Positions 29,899 to 40,453 are shown, counted from the first letter of the stretch. The stretch is 64,000 nucleotides of DNA from an uncultured Gemmatimonadota bacterium (GCA_964593235.1 CAZQGS010000039.1:44394-108393), one strand, 5' to 3'. Notes: generated by a model from the sequence alone, not told the origin. Made by a program: numbers and translations.

Positions 29899-31533
29899 AT
29901 GACTGGCAATCAAGCCATAGCGAAAATACTTTCAATCGAGGGACTTGATTGGTTTAGTTGCTTTCCACATCATCCACTTATAGACGCCTGCGCGCTCGAA
30001 GGAATGCGCCCCATTCTATGCCGCCAAGAACGTGCTGGAGTAAATATCGCCGATGGGTTTAGTCGAATTAAAAATGGTAATACTATAGGTGTATTTATGA
30101 TGCAATCAGGCCCCGGAGCGGAAAATGCTTTTGGTGGAGTAGCCCAAGCGTATGCTGACTCTGTACCTATTCTTCTTTTACCAGGGGGGCCCCCAAGATC
30201 GCGAACGGGTTCCGATCTTACCTTCGAAGCGGTTAAGAATTATCAAGGTGTTACTAAATGGGTCTCTAATATAAATTCTGCTGCTCGCATACCCACGATG
30301 ATGCGTAAGGCATTCAGCTCACTAAAACAGGGCAAACCTGGACCGGTAATGCTGGAAATCCCATCTGATGTGGGCGAAGAAATAATCCCTGATCACTCTC
30401 TAGATTATGTACCCGTCAAACCTTTTAAAAGTGGTGCTTCCCAAGAGGATGTCCGTGATCTAGTCTCAGCTCTTCTTAGTGCCGAATGTCCCGTAATAAG
30501 TGCCGGTCAGGGGGTTTTATATGCTGAAGCATCAGAGGAATTAATTGATTTTGTTGAATGGACTAAGATACCTGTTATGACTACACTTTCAGGTAAAAGT
30601 GCGTTTCCTGAAACTCATCCATTATCACTTGGAACCGGAGCTGCTTCACACTCCCTGATGGTTGCTACCTACCTTAAAAAAGCAGACTTTTTCTTTGGCC
30701 TTGGTACGAGCATGACTTCTGGATTTAAGGCTGAGATCCCTAAAGGAGCAGTTCTTGCTCAATCTATCATAACTCATGAAGATGTTAATAAAGAACACCA
30801 AATAGAATATGGGGCTATTGGAGATGCAAGAATAGTATTACAACAACTTCTCGAAGAAGCTAAAAAACAGCTTGGAGGGAAACCTCGGTCCGATACCAAA
30901 GGCAATGTCCTCGAAATATCCCGGTTAAAGAAAATATGGTTAAACCAGTGGGAACCACATTTCTGCTCAAATGAGGTCCCTTTAAGTCCTTATCGAGTTT
31001 TCCGTGAAATTGCTAGCTTAGTCGATAATACTAGGTCAATTATTACTCATGATTCTGGGTACCCACGGGAACAATTAGCTCCTTTTTGGGAAACAGTCAC
31101 ACCACGGAGCTACATAGGTTGGGGAGCTTCAACTCAATTAGGTTACGGTCTGGGACTAGCTATTGGTGCTAAAATTGCAAACCCTGAGAAGCAGGTAATC
31201 AATATTATGGGGGATGCTGCCTTTGGCATGGCCGGGTTAGATATAGAAACGGCTGTGCGTTCGGAAATTCCGATTCTAACAATAATATTAAATAATGGTG
31301 TGATGACCCACTATGATCATCATATGGCTTATGCAACGAAACGCTGGGGCAGCAATAAATTAGGTGGGGATTATGCCACCATCTGTAAGGGAATGGGGGC
31401 CCATGCTGAAAAGGTTTCCTCTCCAAAACAGATAGGTCCAGCTATTCAACGTGCTTTAGCAGCAAATATTGAAGGGAAACCTGCAGTAATTGAAGCAATA
31501 ACTAAAGTGGAAGAAAACACTTCTCGGTACTGA
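29899..31533 (+). CDS. thiamine-diphosphate-dependent enzyme of the acetolactate synthase / oxalyl-CoA decarboxylase / 2-hydroxyacyl-CoA lyase family
   Basis: N-terminal Pyr domain (GNQAIAKIL...RQERAGVNIADGFSRI), a central domain, and a C-terminal ThDP-binding IMGDAAFGM...NNG motif. The start ATG 29899 (RBS aaagga) is 10 nt after the upstream PhyH stop; the track ORF begins earlier at 29845, inside that PhyH gene. Confidence 0.8.
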   Translation: MTGNQAIAKILSIEGLDWFSCFPHHPLIDACALEGMRPILCRQERAGVNIADGFSRIKNGNTIGVFMMQSGPGAENAFGGVAQAYADSVPILLLPGGPPRSRTGSDLTFEAVKNYQGVTKWVSNINSAARIPTMMRKAFSSLKQGKPGPVMLEIPSDVGEEIIPDHSLDYVPVKPFKSGASQEDVRDLVSALLSAECPVISAGQGVLYAEASEELIDFVEWTKIPVMTTLSGKSAFPETHPLSLGTGAASHSLMVATYLKKADFFFGLGTSMTSGFKAEIPKGAVLAQSIITHEDVNKEHQIEYGAIGDARIVLQQLLEEAKKQLGGKPRSDTKGNVLEISRLKKIWLNQWEPHFCSNEVPLSPYRVFREIASLVDNTRSIITHDSGYPREQLAPFWETVTPRSYIGWGASTQLGYGLGLAIGAKIANPEKQVINIMGDAAFGMAGLDIETAVRSEIPILTIILNNGVMTHYDHHMAYATKRWGSNKLGGDYATICKGMGAHAEKVSSPKQIGPAIQRALAANIEGKPAVIEAITKVEENTSRY

Positions 31534-31552
31534 AAAAGAGTAAAGGAGTATT

Positions 31553-32992
31553 ATGCTAAGAATTCTGGTAGGTACATATTTCCAAGAAACTAACGATTTT
31601 CACCCAAACCACACAATTTACGAGGATTTTAACGTTCTATACGGGCAAACAATGCTTAAAGATCCAGACGGCGTGGTTAAAGGAGCGATAGATACCCTTT
31701 CCTGTCGCTCTGGATTAGAAATCATACCAACATACAGTGCGGCTATGGGGGCTGGAGGAACTATAACTCAAGAGTGCTTTGAACGCATTTCTTCAGAATT
31801 ACTCAAAGCGATTTCAGACCATAATTCAAATATCGACGGAGTGTACCTTAACCTTCACGGGGCAATGGCTGCAGAGATAGAAAAAGATCCAGAAGGTTAT
31901 ATTTTACAAGAAGTAAGAGAAATTGTTGGCCCGGAAATTCCAATAGTAGCCTCTTTTGATATGCATGGAACGATAACACGACGGATGTTAACTCACATGG
32001 ACGGATGTAGTATACTACATACTTATCCCCATATTGATTGGTACGAAACTGGAGCTCGTGCCGCAGAGGTACTGTTACGTATCCTTGATGGTGCTCAGCC
32101 TGTAATTGCAAGCGTATATACTCCTACTATGGTTAGAGGTGATGAACTTAAAACTAGTGGTGGAGTCCATGGAACTTTTATCCGATATATTGAACGTTTA
32201 GAAGAAAGAGATGACGTACTGGCTGGTGGCATAATGCTTGGACATCCTCCAACCGATTGTCCGGAACAGGGATCTCGGATCATTTTAATTACAGACAAAA
32301 ATCGGATATTAGCTAAAAAGGAAGCATTGTACTTGGGGGAAACCTTCTGGCAGATGCGTTCATATATGCAATGTACAATGTATAGCGTTGAAGAGGGTAT
32401 TAAAATAGCTAGTAATGCTAAAGGTCCTATCGTGTTTGCTGATGCTGCTGACGCGACTAGTTCTGGAGCCCCAGGTACTAGCAATACGATATTAAAAGGG
32501 TTGCTGGAAAGCAATTATAAGGGGAAGGTCTTGTTTCCCATCTGCGATGAACCAGCGATAAAAAATGCCATGACGGCAGGGATTGGTCAGACAGTCACTA
32601 TTTCACTAGGTGGAACAAAAGATCCGCGTTTTACTCCGGTTCAAATTACCGCAACCATCGAGGTACTTGGTCAAAAAGATGGTGTTCCAATTGCCGTACT
32701 TAAATGCAAAAATATTATCTTATTTGTTGCAGCCTCTGGCCCTCTCCTCTGTGACCGTTGGATTTTTCCTGCCTTCGGTCAAGACCCAAAAGATTTTGAT
32801 ATTATCGTCAAAAAATTACCTCATACCCCTGACGAATGGTACGATGACTGGGCGGAACGAACCATCACCCTAGACACACCTGGTGCAGCAAGTCCTAATA
32901 TCCCGAGCCTAGGGCATCAATTTGTCACTCATCCAATCTATCCGCTTGATCCCAAAATGAGTTTCATTCCTGAAGTAGAGTTATACGAATAA
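31553..32992 (+). CDS. MlrC-like (peptidase M81 / DUF1485-DUF1446) hydrolase
   Basis: N-terminus MLRILVGTYFQETNDFHP plus LNLHGAMAAE blocks are typical of microcystinase-C family proteins. 19 nt after the ThDP enzyme. Confidence 0.7.
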   Translation: MLRILVGTYFQETNDFHPNHTIYEDFNVLYGQTMLKDPDGVVKGAIDTLSCRSGLEIIPTYSAAMGAGGTITQECFERISSELLKAISDHNSNIDGVYLNLHGAMAAEIEKDPEGYILQEVREIVGPEIPIVASFDMHGTITRRMLTHMDGCSILHTYPHIDWYETGARAAEVLLRILDGAQPVIASVYTPTMVRGDELKTSGGVHGTFIRYIERLEERDDVLAGGIMLGHPPTDCPEQGSRIILITDKNRILAKKEALYLGETFWQMRSYMQCTMYSVEEGIKIASNAKGPIVFADAADATSSGAPGTSNTILKGLLESNYKGKVLFPICDEPAIKNAMTAGIGQTVTISLGGTKDPRFTPVQITATIEVLGQKDGVPIAVLKCKNIILFVAASGPLLCDRWIFPAFGQDPKDFDIIVKKLPHTPDEWYDDWAERTITLDTPGAASPNIPSLGHQFVTHPIYPLDPKMSFIPEVELYE

Positions 32993-33040
32993 TATAGTCC
33001 GCTAACTCTTCTAAATATTATTTTCCATTAGGGAGAAGAA

Positions 33041-33964
33041 ATGAACCGGCATGTTACTAGCGGCCGTTGGGGGTTGGGGTTAATTCTAAGTTTATTTACA
33101 ATCTTAGTTTGGGGAAGCCTACCTCTTGTCCTAAAAATAATGCTTATTAGTTTAGACGCTTTCACTATGACATGGTACAGATTTATAATCGCTGCCATTT
33201 TAATGACGATAATTGTTTATCGAAAAAATTATTTCCCCTTAGTGAGAAAAATAAAAGGAGGATATATTCCTCTTTTTGTTTTCTCAGTGTTAGGGTTCAG
33301 TTGTGCCTACGTATTCTATCCTCAAAGTCTCCAGTACATTTCTCCTAGTGCTGCGCAGGTGGTTAGTCAAGTTTCGCTTCTCTTCTTGCTGCTAGGTGCA
33401 ATGTTTGTATTTCGCGAACGATTAACCTTAATACAGTTATTTGGAATTGGACTACTGATAGCTGGTATCTTATTGTTTTTTAATAAACAGCTGATTTTTT
33501 TGATTTCAGACACAAGTGACATGTTACCTGGAATTCTTTGGGTCACAGCAGCAGCTCTAGCGCTCTCTTTATATACCTTAACTCAAAAACAATTACTCCA
33601 GATACTCCCTACCTCCTTCATTATATGGCTAATTTATCTTGTAGGCTCTGTACTAATTCTTCCATTCATTCGATTTGAAACTCTTTTAGAACAGAACCCT
33701 CAAGAATTTATCCTCTTAAATATTTCAGCAGTTATTTCTTTGGTGGCTTTTATTACTTTAGTGGAATCTTTAAAACACTTGGAGGTATTTAGGGTGAGTA
33801 TGATTCTAGCAACTGTTCCTATAGTTACCATAGTAGATATGGCTATAATTTCACCATTAGTTCCTAACCTACTTCAACCAGAGAATCTAACCCTTTTAAG
33901 TATCTCAGGTGCTGTACTGGCTGTTATTGGATCTATTTTGGGCAATTTAAAGAAAACCAATTAG
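33041..33964 (+). CDS. DMT-superfamily (EamA-like) transporter
   Basis: 307 aa ORF with about 10 predicted TM helices and duplicated EamA-like halves. Confidence 0.65.
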   Translation: MNRHVTSGRWGLGLILSLFTILVWGSLPLVLKIMLISLDAFTMTWYRFIIAAILMTIIVYRKNYFPLVRKIKGGYIPLFVFSVLGFSCAYVFYPQSLQYISPSAAQVVSQVSLLFLLLGAMFVFRERLTLIQLFGIGLLIAGILLFFNKQLIFLISDTSDMLPGILWVTAAALALSLYTLTQKQLLQILPTSFIIWLIYLVGSVLILPFIRFETLLEQNPQEFILLNISAVISLVAFITLVESLKHLEVFRVSMILATVPIVTIVDMAIISPLVPNLLQPENLTLLSISGAVLAVIGSILGNLKKTN

Positions 33965-34044
33965 AGCAGCTAACTACTTTATCGCAATACTTTAGAAACA
34001 GGAAAACAAAACTTTTCATGTGGTCGTATTAAAGGACATATAAA

Positions 34045-34554
34045 ATGAAACCACTAATAGTGATGGGATTACGAACTCTGGCACATCTTGAGGCTAAAGC
34101 AACTCTGTACGAGGAAATTAACCAAAATACCATAACCGCTAGGCGGAGATTCCCTAAAGAAGATATGGAGTTACTGGTAGGTGCCGGATTTACCCTTGGG
34201 ATACTTTCGAGTCACAGTGTTCCCCGGAGTCAGAAAGTTATTGAATATCTAGATTTGGCTCATCTCTTTCCCGAACGTCATCTAATTTGCTCCAGTCCAC
34301 TAGACAGAAAAGAGGCTTTAAACTGGCAAGAATGGAGCCAAACTTTTAACAAACGTGGCCTATCTATTCATACAGTGATCGATATCGGAGATACATTAAT
34401 CCGAAACCTTGCTAGTTCCCCTAATTTTAAAGATATTGATAAATACTTAATTACAGATGACACCACAATAAAGATTGAGGGTGCAAAATGCCTTAAAACA
34501 TTAGATCAGATAGAAGCATATGATCTGGCCAAACAAAAAGGACACAACAATTAA
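34045..34554 (+). CDS. hypothetical protein
   Basis: 169 aa ORF with no recognisable motif. Followed by a strong terminator. Confidence 0.4.
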   Translation: MKPLIVMGLRTLAHLEAKATLYEEINQNTITARRRFPKEDMELLVGAGFTLGILSSHSVPRSQKVIEYLDLAHLFPERHLICSSPLDRKEALNWQEWSQTFNKRGLSIHTVIDIGDTLIRNLASSPNFKDIDKYLITDDTTIKIEGAKCLKTLDQIEAYDLAKQKGHNN

Positions 34555-34628
34555 CCTCACCCAAATATTTTTTATGGGGAATTTTTCGGTATTAGCATTG
34601 AGATCTTCTAAAACCAAATGCGCCATTC

Positions 34629-34662
34629 TCACCCGAGAGTAGAATATCTCGGGTGATTTTTT
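34629..34662 (+). terminator. rho-independent terminator
   Basis: Perfect 10-bp stem tcacccgaga/tctcgggtga, an 8-nt loop, then tttttt. Confidence 0.85.
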
Positions 34663-34767
34663 AAGTCGTTCCTTAGTAATGACAGATTGGGTTTAGAATT
34701 TGCTCCTATTTTAAAAAAAAGTATAAAAATAACGCTAATACCATCTTGTCTAGCCTAAAGAACCAAT

Positions 34768-36528
34768 TTACTTTTCCCAAGGGAAAGAAAAAGAAGGTCT
34801 ATTTGCATAACGCTTCATTGATACGTTGAGTGTACTACCACATCCTGGAGCTAGATGGACGGTAAAATTGGAATCGTCTACTGAAACCGCTCCGTTTTCG
34901 TCACTGACCTCCGTAATCTGATGCTCGCCATATGCTCCTCCATTAACGACCACAGTTCTTGCAGATACCTGATTCGTATTAACCAGTGTTAATGTGGCAC
35001 TTTCATCATGGAGTCCTTCTACCAAAGCTGCGACATCTTCCGGCATACCTGGACGATTTCTAGATGGATCAAAATAACGGAACCTGCAGTGTAACGGATG
35101 ACCAAAATGTTCTGTCGGCATCCCACCCAGCATAAGTTGAATCAGTGCATCCACGGCTGCTGGATTCGTACCATTCATATCATCAGACAACCGAGTGTCC
35201 GGTGAGGACAAGTCATCCTGCAACCGCTCCATTCGTGACCTAACTACGCCAATATCTTTCTGAAACGCTTCGACAGGATAATCAGGATTATTACCTTGTA
35301 GAAATCCAACCCAACCATCTTTGGGTAACCGTTCTAGATCACGCGAATCCATAGACCAGTAGTAAACCTGCAAAGCTCCGTTATCAAAAGGTTCAGGCTG
35401 GTAATCGTACCATCCTTCATCACCATGCATACGTGGATATAGAGTTTTTCCATCTTCCACCTTACTGTGATCATTAATATAATCTATAACGCCGCGCCAT
35501 GTATCTACGTACTTCTGATCACCTGTAAGCAATAATCCATTTCCAAAACTCCAATGAACTCGATGAAGGAAATAGGGACGATGAGCCAAAAGTCCCGTTT
35601 GGGGTACGATAGTAGAAAAGCCCCAGCCATACACACCCCCATACCAACGTCCACCAGCCGCCCCTCCTATAGTCCCATCCAGTCCTATATTAGTTGGAAT
35701 AATGCCGTTATTCTTTTCAGTCCGATCGACCCAGGCATCAAGATAATCTTTTGTCCAGTTACTATATTTTTCGTCCCCATCAATCATATAAGCATTTAAA
35801 GTCATTGTGGTTACACCCATATTTAATGGGTGATCGCCAGCAACATCATTATAATCTTTAAAATGAGCAATCATTTCCTCATAGTTTCGTTCACCATGCC
35901 CTGGCTTAAAACGGCCCTCTACTTCAAGTGAGTCCCCAGCCCAATCAAGCCCTGTTGCTTTACGTAACATAGAACCTCGGCTACCGTTAAACATACTCTT
36001 AATAACGCGGTGTTCTGGGATATAATTATCTGCGATAGGATCTTCTCCCATATAGAAACCCGAAAAACGCCTAGTACGATCGATAAATTTCTTATCTGTC
36101 GGATCACAGAGGCCCTGGAGAAAAAATGCTGTATAACCTTCTCCATTATGCATCCAATCGAACATGGTTGGGAATTCTTTAAAATACATCCCATCTCGGG
36201 CAAATTCTACTTCAGTTGTTTTTGCTTCTGAGTACTGTAAAAGGTGACCATCCCAAGCTTTTTTATAAAGTTCATAGACCTGATCCGAAGCACCTATAGC
36301 ATAAAGCTCCGGCCAGTTAGCAAAATTCTCCGCCGCATCATCAGGCCCATCATCACCACCCCAACGGGGAACACATAAGAGATAACCCCGTTCATCAAAA
36401 TAGTGGTTATAGAATGCTTCTATAGCTTCTTCTTGTTGTTTTATTAATGTTCTTTCTAGGAGTGCCCATGCAGGCGGCGCCATAGGTGAAGTAATACTTT
36501 TAGTTGTTTCTTTTAAAGCGGCAGCCAT
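34768..36528 (-). CDS. conserved hypothetical protein (586 aa), immediately downstream of lpxA on the same strand
   Basis: Long uninterrupted ORF, no signal peptide. Rich in W/Y/G/D (e.g. GHGERNYEEM, DGDEKY, WYGGVYGWGF). No family recognisable by eye. Confidence 0.5.
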   Translation of the reverse strand: MAAALKETTKSITSPMAPPAWALLERTLIKQQEEAIEAFYNHYFDERGYLLCVPRWGGDDGPDDAAENFANWPELYAIGASDQVYELYKKAWDGHLLQYSEAKTTEVEFARDGMYFKEFPTMFDWMHNGEGYTAFFLQGLCDPTDKKFIDRTRRFSGFYMGEDPIADNYIPEHRVIKSMFNGSRGSMLRKATGLDWAGDSLEVEGRFKPGHGERNYEEMIAHFKDYNDVAGDHPLNMGVTTMTLNAYMIDGDEKYSNWTKDYLDAWVDRTEKNNGIIPTNIGLDGTIGGAAGGRWYGGVYGWGFSTIVPQTGLLAHRPYFLHRVHWSFGNGLLLTGDQKYVDTWRGVIDYINDHSKVEDGKTLYPRMHGDEGWYDYQPEPFDNGALQVYYWSMDSRDLERLPKDGWVGFLQGNNPDYPVEAFQKDIGVVRSRMERLQDDLSSPDTRLSDDMNGTNPAAVDALIQLMLGGMPTEHFGHPLHCRFRYFDPSRNRPGMPEDVAALVEGLHDESATLTLVNTNQVSARTVVVNGGAYGEHQITEVSDENGAVSVDDSNFTVHLAPGCGSTLNVSMKRYANRPSFSFPWEK

Positions 36529-36596
36529 TAATAAATCCTTTCTTAGGTGTTCAACTAAAGTTAAAGTTAGTCCACAATCATTATGAAAAACTAAAG

Positions 36597-37409
36597 TTAC
36601 GATGTAAGTCCACGACCATCTTTTTGACTTCTGTAGACACTCTCCTTAATAAAGGAAATTAACGTTTTAACATCATTAGTTTGGTCTACATCCCGCACAA
36701 CTACTTTGATAGCTTGGGAAATATTAAGTGAAGATCGAAAAAGTATGCGATAGGCTTTTTTAAGGGCAGCTAAAGCTTCAGTAGTAAATCCACACCGGGT
36801 TAGACCAATTGTATTGAGCGAAACTGGTTTTAGAGGTTCCCGTCCATATTTAATATATGGGCAGATATCCTTAGAAACTTTAGAACCACCACTAACAAAA
36901 GCGTTACGGCCAATTTGAACGAATTGATGAACAGCAACGAGACCTCCAGTAATAGCAAAGTCCTCGATTTCGACATGCCCTCCTAACTGTGTACCATTAG
37001 CCAGAATAACATTATTACCGACTATGCAATCATGAGCTACATGGACATAAGCCATAATCAACGTGTCGCTACCAATTACTGTTTTACCCAAAGCACTCGT
37101 CCCCCGATTCAAAGTAGCAAACTCTCGAATTGACGTACGTTTTCCTATCTGTAAACTGGACTGTTCACCAACAAATTTCTGATCTTGGGGAATGGAACCA
37201 ACAACCGCACCATGATAAATTTTACATTCCTCACCAATGGTCGTATGGGCACCTATCAATGCACTTGACGCAATCTGGGCACCCGGTTCTATCACCACAT
37301 TATTTTCGATTATTGTGTACGGCCCAATACTACAACCTATGCCAACCTCGGCAGTGGGATGTACTATTGCTGTAGGATGAATAGTAGTTTGGGAAGACAA
37401 ATTTGTCAC
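36597..37409 (-). CDS. lpxA: acyl-ACP--UDP-N-acetylglucosamine O-acyltransferase
   Basis: Left-handed beta-helix hexapeptide repeats ([31 protein letters not shown]...). 270 aa. 4-nt overlap with lpxC/fabZ. Confidence 0.9.
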   Translation of the reverse strand: MTNLSSQTTIHPTAIVHPTAEVGIGCSIGPYTIIENNVVIEPGAQIASSALIGAHTTIGEECKIYHGAVVGSIPQDQKFVGEQSSLQIGKRTSIREFATLNRGTSALGKTVIGSDTLIMAYVHVAHDCIVGNNVILANGTQLGGHVEIEDFAITGGLVAVHQFVQIGRNAFVSGGSKVSKDICPYIKYGREPLKPVSLNTIGLTRCGFTTEALAALKKAYRILFRSSLNISQAIKVVVRDVDQTNDVKTLISFIKESVYRSQKDGRGLTS

Positions 37410-38803
37410 TTTGAAATCTCTCTGTCTGTAATCATCGCCATAAGTCCAGCTTCAGCGACTAATTCATCATCAACGTACGCTCTTCCTTCCATCTTGCAGG
37501 CCTGCATACGCATTCGGAGCATTTCTAATTCAAGACGAATTTGATCACCAGGTTTTACTAGTTTACGAAACCTAGCCTGATCTATTCCCATAAAATATGC
37601 CATTTTACTTTGTGGGTTGTCTATTGTATTAAGAAGTAATAATCCCCCAGCCTGAGCCATTGCTTCAATAATTAGGACACCAGGCATAACCGGGTGCCCT
37701 GGAAAATGACCAGAGAAAAACGGCTCATTGAAAGTTACATTTTTCAGAGCGACAACCCGTTTACCAGGTTCCATATCAATAACCCTATCTATAAGTAAAA
37801 AGGGATACCGATGCGGTAGGAGTTCCAGAATATCTTCGATATCAAGAACTTTTTCTGAAGAAGGCACTTCTTCAGATTGCTTCTTTACACAAACGTTTCG
37901 GATTCTTCTAACAAGCTCGATGTTCGCGGAATGAGAAGATCGAGCTCCAAAAATTTGAGCCTTAAGAGGTGCCCCAAGTAAAGCTAGGTCCCCGATCAAA
38001 TCTAAAGCCTTGTGTCGACATGGTTCATTGTCAAATCGAAGGGGTTGGGTGCCTACTATGCCATTTTCCCCGAGCTCTATTCTATCTTCTACTCCAAAAA
38101 GGTCTTTTAATTCGTCTAACTCCCCATCCGATAGATCCAAATCGGCTATTACTATAGCGCTTTCTAAACTTCCTCCCTTTATAAGACCTCTTTCTCGCAA
38201 AGTCTTGATGTCACTGAGGAATGTCCATGTTCTTGCGGGAGCTATCTCCGTAGCAAATTCATCTTCTAATGAATAAACAACGGTATATTGACTAGAAAGG
38301 TTAGATTTCTGATAATCGACCATATAAGTAAGATGAAAATCATCCGCCGGCATTGCGACAAGTTCTTTTAAAAGTCCATCTTCTTTTTCAGAATAAAGGA
38401 CTGGTTTGTCCAATTCTAAATATACCTTGGGCTTATTTTGCTCTATTATACCTGCCTCCAGCAATACATTAACAAATGGGGCAGCACTTCCATCACATAT
38501 TGGCGGTTCTGGTCCATCCAGTTCTATAATCAGATTATCGATCCCAAGTCCGGCCACAGCAGCAAGAACATGTTCAACCGTATGGACCCGAATACCATCC
38601 TTTTCAAGATTAGTTCCTCGGGTGGTATCTACCACATAGTCAATATCAGCGGGTATTTCTATGCTACCTGGACTATCTTTTCGAATAAATCTAATGCCCC
38701 CATTTCCATTTTCTGGATTAAACGTTAATTTCACTTCGGATCCAGTATGTAACCCTATACCCGTTACTGAAGCTGATTTTTTTATAGTACGTTGTTTAAA
38801 CAT
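37406..38803 (-). CDS. lpxC/fabZ: bifunctional UDP-3-O-acyl-GlcNAc deacetylase / 3-hydroxyacyl-ACP dehydratase (LpxC-FabZ fusion)
   Basis: The N-terminal 300 aa carry LpxC blocks ([19 protein letters not shown]). The C-terminal 150 aa carry the FabZ hot-dog signature [13 protein letters not shown]...[16 protein letters not shown]. Confidence 0.9.
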   Translation of the reverse strand: MFKQRTIKKSASVTGIGLHTGSEVKLTFNPENGNGGIRFIRKDSPGSIEIPADIDYVVDTTRGTNLEKDGIRVHTVEHVLAAVAGLGIDNLIIELDGPEPPICDGSAAPFVNVLLEAGIIEQNKPKVYLELDKPVLYSEKEDGLLKELVAMPADDFHLTYMVDYQKSNLSSQYTVVYSLEDEFATEIAPARTWTFLSDIKTLRERGLIKGGSLESAIVIADLDLSDGELDELKDLFGVEDRIELGENGIVGTQPLRFDNEPCRHKALDLIGDLALLGAPLKAQIFGARSSHSANIELVRRIRNVCVKKQSEEVPSSEKVLDIEDILELLPHRYPFLLIDRVIDMEPGKRVVALKNVTFNEPFFSGHFPGHPVMPGVLIIEAMAQAGGLLLLNTIDNPQSKMAYFMGIDQARFRKLVKPGDQIRLELEMLRMRMQACKMEGRAYVDDELVAEAGLMAMITDREISK

Positions 38804-38809
38804 TTTGCC

Positions 38810-39859
38810 TTACTCCGAAGTCTCTAGTGCTTTGAGACGAGCGTCCATAGCTTTAATATGGTTATCTAGGTTTTGGATCTGCTGTAACAGCTCTGGTAGT
38901 CGTTTGAGTGCAACTTCAATCCTTCTTGCTTTGGTATGCGGGCGAGCTGGATAGCCTGAAACCGTTGATCCATCAGGGATGGATTTAGTCACACCAGCCT
39001 GCCCACCGATTTTAGATCCTTGGCCAACCTTAATATGATCTGAAAGTCCGGCTTGACCTCCGATTAAAGAACCAGATTCAACCACTGTGCTGCCAGCAAT
39101 TCCAACCTGTGCACATATGGTAACGTTGTTTCCGATTACAACATTGTGGCCAATTTGAACTAGATTATCAATCTTTGTTCCACTCCCTATTCGAGTCATT
39201 CCCATAGTTGCCCGATCAATTGTAGTATTAGCACCGATTTCAACGTCATCACTAATCTCTACACCTCCAACCTGTGGGATCTTTTTTGCAGAATTATCTT
39301 TGGGATAATACCCGAATCCATCACTACCTATAATTGTCCCGCTATGAATAATTACACGCTCTCCTATAGATACTCCATCATACAAGGTTACATTTGGGAA
39401 AATCCATGTACCTGAGCCAATGCGACAATTACTACCAACTATTACTCCCGACCCAATATTCGTTTTCCGGCTCACCCTAGTGCGAGGCCCAATTGATACG
39501 TAGGGTCCTATATCTACTTCTTCTTCAACTTCAGCAGAAGGGTGTATTTCTGCTGTCGGATGAATACCTTCTTCTGCGGGAATATGGCTGTCAAAAAAAG
39601 TCATTAATAATGTAACCAAGGCGTCTTCTGGCGATGCAACCCGCACAATAGGAATTGGTGCCTGTTTAATCTCAAGAGGAACGACAACGGCAGTAGCCTG
39701 TGTAGAATTTAGCCTTTTACCATGGCGGGCATTAATAAGCACCGCAATTGAACCCTTTTGAGCTTCTTCGAGAGGGTCAACACTTTTAATATCACAAGAA
39801 CCGTCACCAATTAATTCCCCTTGGATTAGTGTGGCTATATTTGTTAATTTATGATACAT
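38810..39859 (-). CDS. lpxD: UDP-3-O-(3-hydroxyacyl)glucosamine N-acyltransferase
   Basis: 349 aa ORF. N-terminal LpxD domain followed by extensive hexapeptide repeats. Confidence 0.9.
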   Translation of the reverse strand: MYHKLTNIATLIQGELIGDGSCDIKSVDPLEEAQKGSIAVLINARHGKRLNSTQATAVVVPLEIKQAPIPIVRVASPEDALVTLLMTFFDSHIPAEEGIHPTAEIHPSAEVEEEVDIGPYVSIGPRTRVSRKTNIGSGVIVGSNCRIGSGTWIFPNVTLYDGVSIGERVIIHSGTIIGSDGFGYYPKDNSAKKIPQVGGVEISDDVEIGANTTIDRATMGMTRIGSGTKIDNLVQIGHNVVIGNNVTICAQVGIAGSTVVESGSLIGGQAGLSDHIKVGQGSKIGGQAGVTKSIPDGSTVSGYPARPHTKARRIEVALKRLPELLQQIQNLDNHIKAMDARLKALETSE

Positions 39860-39866
39860 GGATCGT

Positions 39867-40397
39867 TTACTTTACTTCCTTCTGAAGTTCCTCAAGGACT
39901 GCCCCTGTGAGGTCTCGTGCCTTTAGAGGATCTACATATACAAGAGCACTGGCATCAAAGATATACGTGAAATTTTCAGCTTTAGCCAAGCTTTGCACCA
40001 CGTTGAAGATGCTCTCCTGCAACGGCCTAGTAAGTTCCACCTCTTGTTGGGCAAGCTGCATCTGCGAATTTTGAGCAAATTGCATTAATTCTTGTTCCTT
40101 CTGTAAAATATTCTGCTCATCCTGCTGTCGTCTGGCTGCAGTCAACATAGTTTTCCGGGCATCATATTGTTGCTTGAGGATTTCGACTTCTTGCTGCTTA
40201 TTTTGAACCTGTTCCTGGACTGCTCTGGCAGCTTTCTGAAAAACTTCCTCAGCATCCCTAAAACCTTGATACGATTGACGCAGCCGTTCCATATCAAGAT
40301 ATCCTATTTTTAGATCTTGCCCTTTAGCAAATTCTGGCAAAAGAAATATAACTACCGCAACAGTTACTATTTGAAACAATCTCTTCGATGTTAACAT
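39867..40397 (-). CDS. skp: OmpH/Skp periplasmic chaperone
   Basis: 176 aa ORF with a signal peptide, then a Q/E/K-rich coiled-coil (QEQVQNKQQEVEILKQQYD). Lies between bamA and lpxD. Confidence 0.75.
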   Translation of the reverse strand: MLTSKRLFQIVTVAVVIFLLPEFAKGQDLKIGYLDMERLRQSYQGFRDAEEVFQKAARAVQEQVQNKQQEVEILKQQYDARKTMLTAARRQQDEQNILQKEQELMQFAQNSQMQLAQQEVELTRPLQESIFNVVQSLAKAENFTYIFDASALVYVDPLKARDLTGAVLEELQKEVK

Positions 40398-40453
40398 TTT
40401 TCTTCCTCCTCAGATACGGGAGATACCCCCCGGAATCTCTATGAACAGATAAA

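Noticed and set aside
34768-36528. Assigning the 586-aa protein to a glycoside-hydrolase/(alpha/alpha)6-barrel family
   Set aside because: The impression came only from the W/Y/G/D-rich composition. No catalytic motif could be identified, so it is left as conserved hypothetical.
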